Under the pieces are notes generated by a model. It saw only the letters and a list, made by a program, of their open reading frames with translations. It searched no databases and was not told where the DNA came from. Shown here piece by piece: positions 36,887 to 47,121 of a DNA stretch of 64,000 nt. The position numbers and the translations under genes were made by a program. How positions within the stretch are numbered: the first letter of the stretch is position 1; each line of letters opens with the position of its first letter. Origin of the DNA: an uncultured bacterium (GTDB lineage Bacteria; Bipolaricaulota; Bipolaricaulia; UBA7950; UBA9294); NCBI GenBank assembly GCA_903857865.1, contig CAIOGO010000018.1, positions 23,588-87,587 on the forward strand, written 5' to 3'.

Positions 36887-38170
36887 GTGAACGAACGTCT
36901 TGTCGTGCAGCAGACTCGCGGTCTGCCAGCGACGACCTGCTCGCTTGTGGCCGATCTCGAGGCTCTCGGCGTGCGCTCGGGGACGGTGCTCATCGTCCAT
37001 TCCTCGCTCAGCGCTCTGGGATGGGTCTGCGGCGGCCCTGTCGCCGTCATCGAGGCGCTGGAGAGAGTCGTGGGCTCGTCCGGCACGCTCGTGATGCCGA
37101 CGCAGACCGGCGGGCTGACCGACCCAAAGGACTGGCGTCGCCCGCCGGTTCCCGAGGAATGGAAGGACCTGATCCGCGCCTCCACGCCGGCATACGACCC
37201 GGATCGGACGCCGACTCGCGGGATGGGTGCGGTTGCCGAGACCTTCCGAACGTGGCCGGGGACGATCCGAAGCGCTCACCCGCACGCTTCGTTCGCCGCG
37301 CGGGGAGCTCGGGCAGTCGATGTCTGTGCGCATCATGCGCTCGACTTCGGGCTTGGGGAGACCTCGCCGCTCGCGCGGGTCTACGACCTTGACGGCTGGG
37401 TGCTCCTCCTCGGTGTCTGCCACACATCGAACACGTCGATCCACCTCGCCGAGTACCGCGCTCGATACCCCGGGAAGCGTGAGACCACAAGCGGCGCACC
37501 CGTTTCCGTGGGGGGAAAGCGGCTGTGGACGACAATTCGAGACGTGGACCTTTCGAGCGATGACTTCGAGGAGATCGGATCGCGTTTCGCTGAGGCGACG
37601 GGCGCCGTACGGTCGGGTCGAGTTGGAGTTGGGACCGGATTCCTGATGCCCCAACGAGCCCTTGTTGACTTAGCCGTCCGTTGGATCGAGGCGAATCGCG
37701 GGCACGAGAGCCCTCAGTGGCCGGCAGAGATACGCGCGGCGACCCACGACGACCAGGCGGAGTGGCTGCGCCTTCGCGTGGCGCTCTGGCCGGCACACGA
37801 TCGGGCGGACTCGGAGCGCGAGGTGGGCGCGATGCTCATGGAAGGCAGCCACGAGGTCGCCTTCGTCGCAGAGATCGCGCCTGGTCGTCTCTGCGGGTGG
37901 GTCGAAGTGTCGCTGCACGAGGAGGCCGAAGGGTGTAACTCGAGCCCGGTCGGCTACATCGGGGGGTGGTTTGTCGATCCTTCGCACCGCGGGCGGGGCA
38001 TCGGCCGCCGCTTGATCGAGGCCGGGGAGGCGTGGGCACGCTCTCGCGGCTGCGCGGAGATGGCCTCCGACACGACGTCGGAGTTTCCCGAGAGCCCGTC
38101 CGCGCATCGAGCGCTCGGCTACGCAGACGCAAAGATGACGTTCCACTTCCGGAAGGAGCTTCGCCCGTGA
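36887..38170 (+). CDS. Bifunctional aminoglycoside acetyltransferase fusion: N-terminal AAC(3) (Antibiotic_NAT fold, AAC(3)-IV-like) plus C-terminal AAC(6')-I-type GNAT domain
   Basis: N-domain: [25 protein letters not shown]…[11 protein letters not shown]…[11 protein letters not shown]…[17 protein letters not shown] (AAC(3)). C-domain: [10 protein letters not shown]…[29 protein letters not shown]…GCAEMASDT…HFRK (compare AAC(6')-Iy GCDSSPV…GCREMASDT…FYRK). Confidence 0.8.
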   Translation: MNERLVVQQTRGLPATTCSLVADLEALGVRSGTVLIVHSSLSALGWVCGGPVAVIEALERVVGSSGTLVMPTQTGGLTDPKDWRRPPVPEEWKDLIRASTPAYDPDRTPTRGMGAVAETFRTWPGTIRSAHPHASFAARGARAVDVCAHHALDFGLGETSPLARVYDLDGWVLLLGVCHTSNTSIHLAEYRARYPGKRETTSGAPVSVGGKRLWTTIRDVDLSSDDFEEIGSRFAEATGAVRSGRVGVGTGFLMPQRALVDLAVRWIEANRGHESPQWPAEIRAATHDDQAEWLRLRVALWPAHDRADSEREVGAMLMEGSHEVAFVAEIAPGRLCGWVEVSLHEEAEGCNSSPVGYIGGWFVDPSHRGRGIGRRLIEAGEAWARSRGCAEMASDTTSEFPESPSAHRALGYADAKMTFHFRKELRP

Positions 38171-38949
38171 AGACAGCCCTTGTTCGGGGAGTCAGCTCGG
38201 CGATCGGTTCGTGCGAACTGACGCACTTCACGCGCCAGCCGATCGACGTCGCGAAGGCGGAACGACAGCATCGGGCGTACGTCGGAGCCCTGCGCGACCT
38301 CGGGTGCCGAGTTCATGAACTCCCCGCGGACCCCACGCTCCCAGACTCCGTGTTCGTCGAAGACACGGCGGTACTCGTCGATGGAGTGGCGGTGATCGCT
38401 CGCCCCGGCGCAGCCTCCCGCCGCAAGGAGATCGATGCGATCGACGCCTTCCTCAGCCTTCGCCTGCCGGTGCTCCGAATCGAGTCGCCCGGTACTCTCG
38501 ACGGGGGCGACGTCTTGCGCGTCGACCGAACCCTCTACGTCGGGACTTCGGGGCGGACGAACGCCGCGGGAATTGTGCAACTCCGCGCGGGTCTCGCTTC
38601 GTACGGCTACGAGGTCCGTGCGGTTCGGGTCTCGGGGTGTCTGCATCTCAAGTCTGCCGTGACCGAGGTTGGCGACGGACTGCTGTTGATCCAGAACGAG
38701 TGGGTCGACGCGGATGCGTTCTCCGACTGCACCTGCATCGAGGTTGATCCGCAGGAATCGCGCGCAGCCAATGCCCTGCGCGTCGGAGCCGAGATCGTCT
38801 ATCCGGCCGCCTACCCTCGGACCGCAGCTCGTCTTCGCGACAGCGGTCTGCGCGTTCGGCTGGTCGACGTGTCAGAACTCGCGAAGGCCGAGGGTGCGGT
38901 GACATGCTGCAGTCTGATCTGGGACGCAGCCGCTGTCTGCCCATCCTAG
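38167..38949 (+). CDS. DDAH/amidinotransferase-superfamily hydrolase (dimethylarginine dimethylaminohydrolase-like)
   Basis: GTG start overlapping the upstream stop (GTGA). DDAH-like motifs (…[11 protein letters not shown]…, [10 protein letters not shown]-terminal Cys region). 260 aa. Confidence 0.7.
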   Translation: MKTALVRGVSSAIGSCELTHFTRQPIDVAKAERQHRAYVGALRDLGCRVHELPADPTLPDSVFVEDTAVLVDGVAVIARPGAASRRKEIDAIDAFLSLRLPVLRIESPGTLDGGDVLRVDRTLYVGTSGRTNAAGIVQLRAGLASYGYEVRAVRVSGCLHLKSAVTEVGDGLLLIQNEWVDADAFSDCTCIEVDPQESRAANALRVGAEIVYPAAYPRTAARLRDSGLRVRLVDVSELAKAEGAVTCCSLIWDAAAVCPS

Positions 38950-39117
38950 AGGGAGCCGAATGGCACGTCTCGAATGCGTCTGCCTTCCGCGAAGGGCCGT
39001 CGTCTAGCTTGTCCAGTTTCACAGTAGTGTTTGCAGTCGGCGGCAGTTGAGATCAGGGAGGGCGGCGAACGCGCGTGGCGGTCTCTCGCGCCAAGAGCGC
39101 AAAAAAAGGCAGGGTCA

Positions 39118-39178
39118 CTGTAGCGTCGCACGCGTTCGGTTCTAACGAGAGAACGAGCTGCACCTTGCGTGCGACGAT
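39118..39178. repeat. About 60-bp conserved hairpin repeat element, copy 2 (same orientation as 13608-13668), preceded by motif GTCTCTCGCGCCAAGAGCGCAAAAA
   Basis: Stem arms CGTCGCACGC/GCGTGCGACG are identical to copy 1. The loop is about 80% identical. Lies exactly at the 5' truncation point of the DUF885 pseudogene. Confidence 0.7.
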
Positions 39179-39199
39179 GGTGAATTGGGAACGACGTCG

Positions 39200-40091
39200 A
39201 ACACGGCGCAAGAGATCCACGAGATGGGTCTGCGCGAGGTCGCCCGGCTGCACGAAGAAGTCCGCGCGTGCGCTGCGGTGCTCGGCTACGCGGCGACGCA
39301 TCCATCGCCGAGCTGTTCGGATGGATCCAGCAGGACGGTGGAACTCTCTACGACGGGGATATCATGCGAGAGTACGATCGGCTGATCGAATCGGCCAAGG
39401 TGAATGCCCTCTCTTTCCTGTCCCGACTGCCGGCGACGGAGGTTGTCGTGAAGGAGGACCCCGTGGGTGGGTTCTACCAGTCCGCGCCGCGCGACGGCTC
39501 ATTGCCGGCCGCCTTTGGCGCACAGACGACCGGCGCGCAGCTGCGCTTCACCATGCCCACGCTTGCCTATCACGAGACGATTCCTGGCCACCATGTCCAG
39601 ATTGCGCTGGCTCAGGAGATGGATCTGCCGCTCCTTCTGAGCGAGACGGGCTTCCTCGGATTCAACGAGGGGTGGGCGCTCTACGCCGAACGGCTGGCCT
39701 GGGAGTTTGGCTGGTACGAGGGGGATCCCTACGGGAATCTCGGCCGACTTCAGTTCGAGCTGATGCGGGCCGCTCGCCTGGTCGTCGACACGGGAATCCA
39801 CGCGTTGGGGTGGAGCTACGAGGACGCAGCGGCCGCCTACCAGGAAGCCACGGGGCGCTCCCCTCAGCTCACCCAATCGGACATCACCGATACGCCGCCT
39901 GGCCTGGGCAAGCTGTGTCCTACCACGTCGGGTACCTTGCCCTGCTCGACCTACGAACGAGGGCGGAGACCGCACTTGGCGATCGGTTTGACCTCATGGC
40001 GTTCCACGATGCGCTCCTTTCGCTCGGCAACGCGCCGCTTGCGCTCGTCCATACCGCCGTCGCCGCGTTCATCGCCACGCAGGGAGAATGA
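39200..40091 (+). pseudogene. DUF885-family gene remnant: 5'-truncated and carrying at least two frameshifts
   Basis: Homology segments lie in two frames (EIHEMGLREVARLHEEV…; …HETIPGHHVQIALAQE…; …RYAAWPGQAVSYHVGYLALLDLRTRAETALGDRFDLMAFHDALLSLGNAPL…). There is a 1-nt deletion at SDIT|RYAAWPGQA. No N-terminal ~250 codons. Confidence 0.7.
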
Positions 40092-40300
40092 GCGGTGGAA
40101 GCGCCGCGGGGTATGTCGTAGAGTTGCGAGTTGCTGGGACCTAGTTGCAGACGTGCCTCCGCTGGATCGCGTGGGGTGTTGGGTCGACCCCTTGGTCGAG
40201 GGGCGCCTGCCCCGTCGACTTGTGTGGATGCGGCCAGCCGTGAGCGGCTGGGGCGCAGGAGTCCAGGGCACGAACATGGCGCGCAAAGAGGAGTCTCGGC

Positions 40301-42046
40301 GTGACGAAGAATCATGTACCGCGCTGGATCTGGCCGTGCGCTCCCGCTGCGCGCGTTGCGATGGTGCTCGCCTTGGTGGTCTTCCTCGGCGCGTGTTCCG
40401 CCCCTCCGCAGCCGATGTCATCTTGGGTCCCGCCCTCGCTCGCCGACGTCCAGGCTGAGCTTCATGGCGCCTCGTTCGACGGCTTCGTGACATCGTCCTG
40501 TCGGCTCTACCTCCTTCGTTTCCCTCAAGTCGTTGCGCAGCTCGGTGTGGCCGAGACCCTGGGGATCCGAAACGATCGGCTCAATGACTACTCCGTGGCC
40601 TACGACCGCGAGACGGCCGCCATCGAGGGCTACTTCCTCGATCGGCTCCAGTCGTTCGATCGGGAGGCCCTTGCGCCCGCGCAGCGTGCAGCCTACGACA
40701 CCTGCCAGTGGATGTGGACGCGCAGCGCGGCACGCCGTGCGCTCGGGTTTTCGGGATACGCAGTGGACTCGACGATGGCCTCACCCGACGTCCGATTGTC
40801 CCGCCTCTTCACGACCGACCTGCCCTTAGGCGATGAGTCGGATCTTGCCGACTACCTGGCGTGCCTCCGGCAGGCTACGGCTCAGATCCGGGAGATCGAG
40901 CTGCACGTCGATGCCGAGGATAAGCGCGGGATCGTGCCGCCGGATGGGGTTCTGGCGGCGGAACTCGCGATGCTGTCTCTCGTGAGGATTCGTCACACAG
41001 ACTCTCGCGACCAAATTGGCCTGTTTCAGAAGATCAGTGGGACCTCTCACCCGTTCTACCTGAGGATGCGGGACTTGGCTTCCAGCATGCCCGCCTTGCC
41101 GCGTGAGAAGCGGAGCGAGATCATGGTTGCGGCTCGCGAGGAGATCGAGCAAAGGATCATCCCGGCATTCGAACGGCTGTACAACACCGTGGCGCACCGC
41201 CTGTCCGAGATTCCGACAGACGCTGTGGGGATCGGTCCCCTGTTCGGCGCGGATGCAGCGTACGCCGAGCTCCTGCGCCAGGCTTCGGGCACGCTCCTTC
41301 GCTCCGACGACGTGCATCGACTGGCTCAGGCGCATGTCGAACGCGCACGCCTGGACATCGACAAGGTCAGCACGTCCCTGGGTATCCGCGCCGGGACGCC
41401 GCTCGCGTCGCTCTTCCTGTACCTGCAGAGCGAGGACGGTGAGCCCGACGCCGAGTCCGATGGCGAGCCCGACGTGGCCGACGTCCCGGCGCCGACGCGC
41501 GGATTCCCGATGTCGCGCGCGCAGCCGACGATTCTTCCGTTTGGCGTGGGGGTTGACGACGGGGATGGCGTGCCGTGGGGTCTGGCCGCCTCCGACCCGT
41601 TCTATGGGTTCATGGCGGGCTGCAAGCTCTACCTGGCGCAGGTGGCCTGGGAGGAGCGACAGGCTGGCATGGGATCCGCACGGAGTGCGCTTGCGGCGCT
41701 TCTGGAGCAGTATCAGGCTGCGGTGGCTGCCGTAGTCGATACAGGCATTCACGCGCTGGGATGGGGTCTGCGCACTGCGACCACATACTATCAAGATACC
41801 CTAGGTCTGGCCCCGTTCGAGGCTCGCTACGAGGTTTCGCGCCTCGCGGCGGCGCCCGGGCTGGCGGCAGGCCGATACGCCGCGTACTGCCGGATCGTGG
41901 AACTGCGAGCGAGAGCGCAGGAAGCGGCGGGCGACGAGTACCTGCCGGAGCGATTCCATGACTGGCTGCTCGAGTACGGAGCGAGGCCCCTAGAGACCCT
42001 GGATGACCCGACGCCAGGAGACCTGAGAAACGCGGCCGGCTCCTGA
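40301..42046 (+). CDS. DUF885-family lipoprotein (intact paralog of the upstream pseudogene)
   Basis: Signal peptide plus lipobox (LVVFLGACS). Full-length 581 aa with the DUF885 C-terminal region (…VDTGIHALGW…). Confidence 0.8.
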   Translation: MTKNHVPRWIWPCAPAARVAMVLALVVFLGACSAPPQPMSSWVPPSLADVQAELHGASFDGFVTSSCRLYLLRFPQVVAQLGVAETLGIRNDRLNDYSVAYDRETAAIEGYFLDRLQSFDREALAPAQRAAYDTCQWMWTRSAARRALGFSGYAVDSTMASPDVRLSRLFTTDLPLGDESDLADYLACLRQATAQIREIELHVDAEDKRGIVPPDGVLAAELAMLSLVRIRHTDSRDQIGLFQKISGTSHPFYLRMRDLASSMPALPREKRSEIMVAAREEIEQRIIPAFERLYNTVAHRLSEIPTDAVGIGPLFGADAAYAELLRQASGTLLRSDDVHRLAQAHVERARLDIDKVSTSLGIRAGTPLASLFLYLQSEDGEPDAESDGEPDVADVPAPTRGFPMSRAQPTILPFGVGVDDGDGVPWGLAASDPFYGFMAGCKLYLAQVAWEERQAGMGSARSALAALLEQYQAAVAAVVDTGIHALGWGLRTATTYYQDTLGLAPFEARYEVSRLAAAPGLAAGRYAAYCRIVELRARAQEAAGDEYLPERFHDWLLEYGARPLETLDDPTPGDLRNAAGS

Positions 42047-42056
42047 GCCGCCGTTT

Positions 42057-42788
42057 CTAGCGTTGCGCGTCGACGTGCTTCCGCCAGAGAGCCAGCGCGT
42101 GCGCACGTGGGTCGACGACCTCGACGCCCGCCTCGGCGAAGAACGCGTTCGTGTTGACGAGGTCGCGCACGAGGAGTTCGAGCGCGTCGTCGTTGTACCG
42201 CGGATCCACGGCCTGCGGGAAGTCGATGATCGTGACCGCTCCCTTCCAGAAGAGCATGTTGTAGGGTGACAGGTCCGCGTGGACGCGGTGATGGACGAGG
42301 AAGAGGTCCACGTTCTCGAGGATTCGTGCGTAGATGCGGCGGGCCTCCTCTAGGTCCAACGGGACGCCGACGAGGACGGGCGCCGGGGTCTCGATGTCGC
42401 CGAGGTACTCCATCAGGATGACCGGCCCAACGCGCTCGATGGGGTATGGGACATCCGCGCCGGCCGCGTGGAGCATCTCGAGTGTCTTCATCTCGTGGCT
42501 GATCCAGGCGCTGAACTTGTGCGTCCGCCCGTGCTGCGTCTTCTTCCCGAGGGCGCGGAGGACGCGGGCGTCGGGACGAGCGCCGCGGGATCGGCCCTGC
42601 TGATAGATGGCGTCCCGCTTGAAGCTTCTCATCTCCAGCGGGCGATAGACCTTAGCCGCGATGAGGTCCCGATCGAGCGATGGGTGCGCGTGGCAGCAGT
42701 AGACCACGGCCTCTTTGCCACTCTTGATCGGTCGGATCACGTCGAGGAGCAGATGCTCCTCGATCAACGGAGCGAGGTGTTGGAGCAA
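42057..42788 (-). CDS. RIO-type atypical serine protein kinase (RIO1/Kdo-kinase-like)
   Basis: …SGKEAVVYCC…AAKVYRP… (ATP-binding Lys), catalytic loop VHADLSPYNML, metal-binding IDFPQAV. The only available in-frame start is TTG. Confidence 0.75.
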   Translation of the reverse strand: MLQHLAPLIEEHLLLDVIRPIKSGKEAVVYCCHAHPSLDRDLIAAKVYRPLEMRSFKRDAIYQQGRSRGARPDARVLRALGKKTQHGRTHKFSAWISHEMKTLEMLHAAGADVPYPIERVGPVILMEYLGDIETPAPVLVGVPLDLEEARRIYARILENVDLFLVHHRVHADLSPYNMLFWKGAVTIIDFPQAVDPRYNDDALELLVRDLVNTNAFFAEAGVEVVDPRAHALALWRKHVDAQR

Positions 42789-43045
42789 CTCCTCCTCGAC
42801 CGTCTTCTCTTCCGGTTGCGCGGGTTTTGGCGGCGCGTTCTTGCGCGGCGGGCGACGATCGGGCTCGACGTCCTCGTAGAAGCGAATGAGACCTCCCTGC
42901 GACGCGTGCCGGAATCGAGAGCGAGTGTTCGTTTGCCAGCGTCAGAGCCGGAGTATACCCGCGGCGAGCGTGAGCGAGCGGACGGCGGCCGCCGGGGATG
43001 GATCCGCGGGAGAGTCGCGTGCATACTTGCACACATCTGCAAGAG

Positions 43046-43351
43046 ATGGAAAGGAGCAACGTGCTCGTCACGAGTCGCGTCGTGAAAATCGGCAAGGCCT
43101 TGGCTCACCCGGCCCGCGTGCGGATTCTGGTCATGCTCAAGGAAGGGGAGCTCTGCGGCTGCGAATTCACTCCGAGTCTGTGTCTTGACCCTTCGGTCGT
43201 CTCGCGCCATCTCTCGACTCTCGCGCAGGCCGGCCTCATCGAGTCGCGCCGTGACGGTGCTCGCGTGATGTGGAGTCTGTGCGACCCCGCGGTCATCGGC
43301 CACCTTGAGCGCCTCGCGGCGCTTACGCAGGAGAAGGAGGCGGTGCGGTGA
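43046..43351 (+). CDS. ArsR/SmtB-family metalloregulator
   Basis: HTH (ALAHPARVRILVMLKEGELCGCEFTPSL…VSRHLSTLAQAGLIE) with Cys pairs (CGCEF). A 4-nt overlap with the downstream permease. Confidence 0.8.
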   Translation: MERSNVLVTSRVVKIGKALAHPARVRILVMLKEGELCGCEFTPSLCLDPSVVSRHLSTLAQAGLIESRRDGARVMWSLCDPAVIGHLERLAALTQEKEAVR

Positions 43352-44460
43352 AACGAGGACGAGGAGCGCCCACGGCGGTTCCGAAAGAGCCGCCTCCAGC
43401 GCCTACGGGTCCTGGCTTTACCTCTTTGTCGCGGCGGGAGCGCCTCGCGCTGCGCCTGACCCTCGTGCTCTCCGGAGCGGCGGCGTGGTGGCTTGCGTAT
43501 ACGAACCTCGAGGCGTTCGCCACGTGGTTCACCTACCATCTGCTGGGGATGACGGCGGGGACCCCCCTGGCCTCGGCTGTTGCCTTCCTGGTCTACGAGG
43601 CCCCCAAGGTCCTCATGCTCCTGGCCTTGGTCGTGTTCGGCGTCGGGATCCTCCGCACATTCTTCACCCCGGAGCGGACTCGTCGCCTCCTCGCCGGCAA
43701 GCGCGAGGTGCTGGGCAACGTGCTGGCCTCCCTGCTCGGCGTGGTAACGCCGTTCTGCTCCTGCTCCGCCGTGCCGCTCTTCATTGGCTTCGTCAGCACT
43801 GGGGTCCCGCTCGGGGTGACGTTCTCGTTCCTCATCGCGGCGCCGATGATCAACGAGGTCGCCCTCGTTCTGCTGTTCGGCCTGTTCGGGTGGAAGGTGG
43901 CAGCGCTGTACATGGGAACGGGTCTGGTGATTGCCATGGTGTCGGGCTGGATTGTCGGGCGCCTGAAGCTTGAGCGGTGGGTCGAGGACTGGGTCCACCA
44001 AACATCGGCGGGCAACGGGCACGCCGCTGACGAAGGTCCGCTGACCTGGAGCGATCGCGCACGACTCGGCCGGCACGCCGTGAAGGACATCGTCGGGAAG
44101 GTGTGGCCCTACGTGCTGGTCGGCATCGCTGTCGGGGCAGGCATCCACAGCTACGTCCCGGAGAACTTCATGGCCTCCATCATGGGCAAGGGAGCGTGGT
44201 GGTCCGTTCCTCTCGCCGTGGTGATCGGCATTCCGATGTATTCCAACGCGGCCGGTATCATCCCCGTGGTGCAAGCGCTCCTCAGCAAGGGGGCGGCGCT
44301 CGGCACGGTGCTCGCGTTCATGATGTCGGTCATCGGGCTGTCGCTGCCGGAAATGATCATCCTGCGCAAGGTTCTCAAGGTTCCGCTCATTGTGACCTTC
44401 GCGAGCGTCGTAGGCGCCGGGATCGTGGTCGTGGGCTACCTGTTCAATGCTGTCCTATGA
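43348..44460 (+). CDS. arsP: COG0701/DUF318 permease with the TPFCSCS motif (ArsP-type organoarsenical efflux permease)
   Basis: Conserved motif VVTPFCSCSAVPLF. Two-repeat TM topology. 370 aa. Confidence 0.75.
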   Translation: MKRGRGAPTAVPKEPPPAPTGPGFTSLSRRERLALRLTLVLSGAAAWWLAYTNLEAFATWFTYHLLGMTAGTPLASAVAFLVYEAPKVLMLLALVVFGVGILRTFFTPERTRRLLAGKREVLGNVLASLLGVVTPFCSCSAVPLFIGFVSTGVPLGVTFSFLIAAPMINEVALVLLFGLFGWKVAALYMGTGLVIAMVSGWIVGRLKLERWVEDWVHQTSAGNGHAADEGPLTWSDRARLGRHAVKDIVGKVWPYVLVGIAVGAGIHSYVPENFMASIMGKGAWWSVPLAVVIGIPMYSNAAGIIPVVQALLSKGAALGTVLAFMMSVIGLSLPEMIILRKVLKVPLIVTFASVVGAGIVVVGYLFNAVL

Positions 44461-44595
44461 CCAGCGGCGGGCGAAGACCGGGTGCAGAGAAACGCAACCC
44501 GGTGCGAGCGGGGAGTCCGCAAGGGACCATGGAGGGGAAAGATAGTGGATACCTGATCTGCGCCACCACTCGAACCAGCGGAAGAGGGAGGGCCA

Positions 44596-44826
44596 GTGCG
44601 AATCGAGGTGCTAGGAACGGGGTGCCCGAAGTGCAAGGCAACGATGGCCAACGCGCAGAAGGCGGTGGCAGAGCTGGGCATCCGGGCGGAGGTTGTCAAG
44701 GTCGAGGATCTCATGGAGATTGTGTCGCGCGGCGTGATGATGACACCCGCGCTTGTGGTTGAGGGGCAGATCAAAGTTGTCGGGAGGACGCCGACGGTGG
44801 ACGAGATCAAGAAGTGGCTCCTGTAG
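44596..44826 (+). CDS. Small thioredoxin-fold protein (redox-active disulfide protein 2 family), the usual partner of COG0701 permeases
   Basis: 76 aa. N-terminal CPKC (GTGCPKCKAT). TIGR00412-like pattern. Confidence 0.75.
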   Translation: MRIEVLGTGCPKCKATMANAQKAVAELGIRAEVVKVEDLMEIVSRGVMMTPALVVEGQIKVVGRTPTVDEIKKWLL

Positions 44827-44921
44827 ACGGGCAACGCGCGATGCACTCGACGACGACGAGGCACGCGTGAGGTCGGATGTGCAATGCTGCCCGAGGTAGA
44901 CCGAAACACGGAGGGGATAGG

Positions 44922-45518
44922 GTGGACAACAAGGTATTGCTGATCATCGTTTTCGCGCTCTTCGCTGTCGCTGCCGCGCTCGTCGTCTTTGCACCGGGAG
45001 AGCAGGAAGCGCAGACTGCGAGTAGGGCGTCAGTGCCATCCCAGACTGAGGGAGCAGCGTCCACGACGGCTGTCTCCGCGTCGCCAGACGTGCAAACGAC
45101 GCTCGCGTCGGGAGTAGACCTGGCCGGGGAGTCGCAGACGGCAAGCAACGTCGCCTCCGCGAGCTCGACGCCGGCGAGCCATCGCTTTGTTGCGACCTAC
45201 TTCCACAACACCGCGAGGTGCGTGACCTGCCGCAGTATTGAGCAACGTTCCAGAGATACGATCCAAACCGCCTTCGCCGCCGAGATCGTGTCCGGCCGAT
45301 TGGCGTGGCGTGCCCTTAACATGGAGGAAAAGGAAAACGAGCACTACGCCATCGACTACGACCTGCCGTATGCATCGCTCGTCCTCGCTGAAATGGACGG
45401 GGAACGCGAAGTGCGCTTCAAGGTGCTGGAGCAGACGTGGGACCTCGTCCACAAGAGGCAGCCGCTGTTGGAGGACTACGTTGAGAATGAGACGCGCGCT
45501 TTTCTAGAGGGACGCTAG
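44922..45518 (+). CDS. Membrane-anchored thioredoxin-like CxxC protein (ArsF-family-like, which is my recollection of the NCBI family name)
   Basis: GTG start with SD GGAGGGGA. N-terminal TM, Ser/Thr/Ala linker, then a domain with FHNTARCVTCRS (CxxC). Confidence 0.55.
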   Translation: MDNKVLLIIVFALFAVAAALVVFAPGEQEAQTASRASVPSQTEGAASTTAVSASPDVQTTLASGVDLAGESQTASNVASASSTPASHRFVATYFHNTARCVTCRSIEQRSRDTIQTAFAAEIVSGRLAWRALNMEEKENEHYAIDYDLPYASLVLAEMDGEREVRFKVLEQTWDLVHKRQPLLEDYVENETRAFLEGR

Positions 45519-46210
45519 TGCCTGATTGGGTTCTTGGTGCAGCTTCCGCGTTCTGGTTCGGGATTCTGACCTCAATCAGCCCTTGCCCACTCGCGACGAA
45601 CATTACGGCGATGTCCTTCGTCGGACGCCGCGTCGGGAGTCCAGGCAAGGTTCTGCTCGCCGGCGTTCTGTACACGGTGGGACGTGCGCTCACCTACCTG
45701 GTTCTGGGTGCTCTTCTCGTTGGGAGCCTCCTTTCCGCCCCGCGGTTGTCCCTTGTGTTGCAGAGGACGATGAACAAGGCTCTCGGCCCGATCCTCATCG
45801 TGGTTGGGGTCTTGCTGCTCGGCGTGATCCCTCTTCGCTTGCCGTCGTCCGGACTCACCCAGCGTATGGGAGAGCGGATCGCGAAATGGGGACCGTTCGG
45901 CGCGCTCTTGCTGGGAGTCCTCTTCGCCCTCACCTTCTGTCCGGTGTCGGCTGCCTTCTTCTTTGGCAGCCTTCTCCCGTTGGCAATTGAACAGCAGTCG
46001 CCCGTGTTGTTGCCGGCCCTGTTTGGGATCGGTACCGCGATCCCGGTTCTCGGGTTCGCGGTGGCGATCGCTCTGGGTGCCAAGTCGCTCGGCAAGGTTT
46101 TCGGCAAGGTCACGAAGATCGAGCGGTGGGCCAGGCTCATCACCGGGGTGGTGTTCATTGGCGTGGGCATCTATCTGATGCTGGTGCACGTGTTCCGGCT
46201 ATGGGCATAG
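45518..46210 (+). CDS. CcdA/DsbD-like thiol-disulfide transporter membrane protein (ArsG-family-like, which is my recollection of the NCBI family name)
   Basis: Six TM. Conserved Cys in TM1 (SISPCPL) and TM4 (LTFCPV), typical of CcdA/DsbD beta-domain proteins. Start overlaps the upstream stop. Confidence 0.7.
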   Translation: MPDWVLGAASAFWFGILTSISPCPLATNITAMSFVGRRVGSPGKVLLAGVLYTVGRALTYLVLGALLVGSLLSAPRLSLVLQRTMNKALGPILIVVGVLLLGVIPLRLPSSGLTQRMGERIAKWGPFGALLLGVLFALTFCPVSAAFFFGSLLPLAIEQQSPVLLPALFGIGTAIPVLGFAVAIALGAKSLGKVFGKVTKIERWARLITGVVFIGVGIYLMLVHVFRLWA

Positions 46211-46308
46211 AGAGAGGAACGCCCCAACATGCCGGGACCAATGCACAGTTGGTGTGCCGGAGGTCGAGAAGAGGTGCAACAAAGCGCGCAGCGGCTGTGG
46301 GAGAGGAC

Positions 46309-47121
46309 ATGAAGCGCGGGCTCGCAGTGCTCGGCATTATCTGTATTTCGCTCGAAGTCCTTCTCGTCGCGGGATGCACCCGTCTTGACAGCGTCGAAGC
46401 GGTGCTGGACGCGTCCCCCAGCGAAGGCGCCGCTCCTTTACGCGTCGAGTTCCGCATGGACCGTTCAACGTATGGGAGCGGCGGCCCCGGCACGTTCGTC
46501 CTTGACTTCGGCGATGGGACGAACGGCGTAGCGGGCGACGACCTCGGCCTGCTGATCCCGCATGTGTATGGGCCCATCGGAACGTATCAGGCGCGTCTCA
46601 CGGTGATCGCCAACGATGGGCAGACAAACGAGGCGACAGCGGCCATTGCCGCGACCACCGGCGAGGTGCCCGAAGGATCGACGGTGGGGAGGAGAGCCTA
46701 CAATTTCACAGCGCCGACGACGGACGGGCGCGAGATCACGCTGAGCGAACTGCGCGGTCAAGTCGTTCTCATCGAGTTCTGGGGTTCGTGGTGCATACCG
46801 TGCAAGGCGAGCATGCCTCACATCAACGCCTTCTGGGAGGCGTATCACGATCACGGGTTTGTGGTTCTTGCGGTCAGCACAGACGACAGGGCTGAAGACG
46901 CCGTCCAATACCTCGCGAAGAATGGTTTCACTGGGCTGACCTGCATTTGGGAGTCGGGTGGGAAGTCGACGCGAATCAAGCTGATGTATGCAGTCGATTG
47001 GATTCCCCGCTCGATCGTCGTCGACAAGGCCGGGATTGTCCGCTACAACGGGCATCCCATGGATTTAGAGGGGAGCTTCCTGGAAACCCTGCTGGCCGAG
47101 CCGGCTTCCGAACCCCCCTAG
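46309..47121 (+). CDS. Lipoprotein with an N-terminal PKD domain and a C-terminal TlpA/ResA-like thioredoxin domain
   Basis: Lipobox LLVAGCT. PKD (LDFGDGTNG…GTYQARLTVIANDGQ). Redoxin (EFWGSWCIPCK). Confidence 0.75.
   Translation: MKRGLAVLGIICISLEVLLVAGCTRLDSVEAVLDASPSEGAAPLRVEFRMDRSTYGSGGPGTFVLDFGDGTNGVAGDDLGLLIPHVYGPIGTYQARLTVIANDGQTNEATAAIAATTGEVPEGSTVGRRAYNFTAPTTDGREITLSELRGQVVLIEFWGSWCIPCKASMPHINAFWEAYHDHGFVVLAVSTDDRAEDAVQYLAKNGFTGLTCIWESGGKSTRIKLMYAVDWIPRSIVVDKAGIVRYNGHPMDLEGSFLETLLAEPASEPP

Noticed and set aside
42789-42900. Longer N-terminal extension of the RIO kinase
   Set aside because: The in-frame upstream region runs only to a TGA at about 42895 and contains no ATG or GTG. The RIO domain begins at the TTG-initiated ORF as called.
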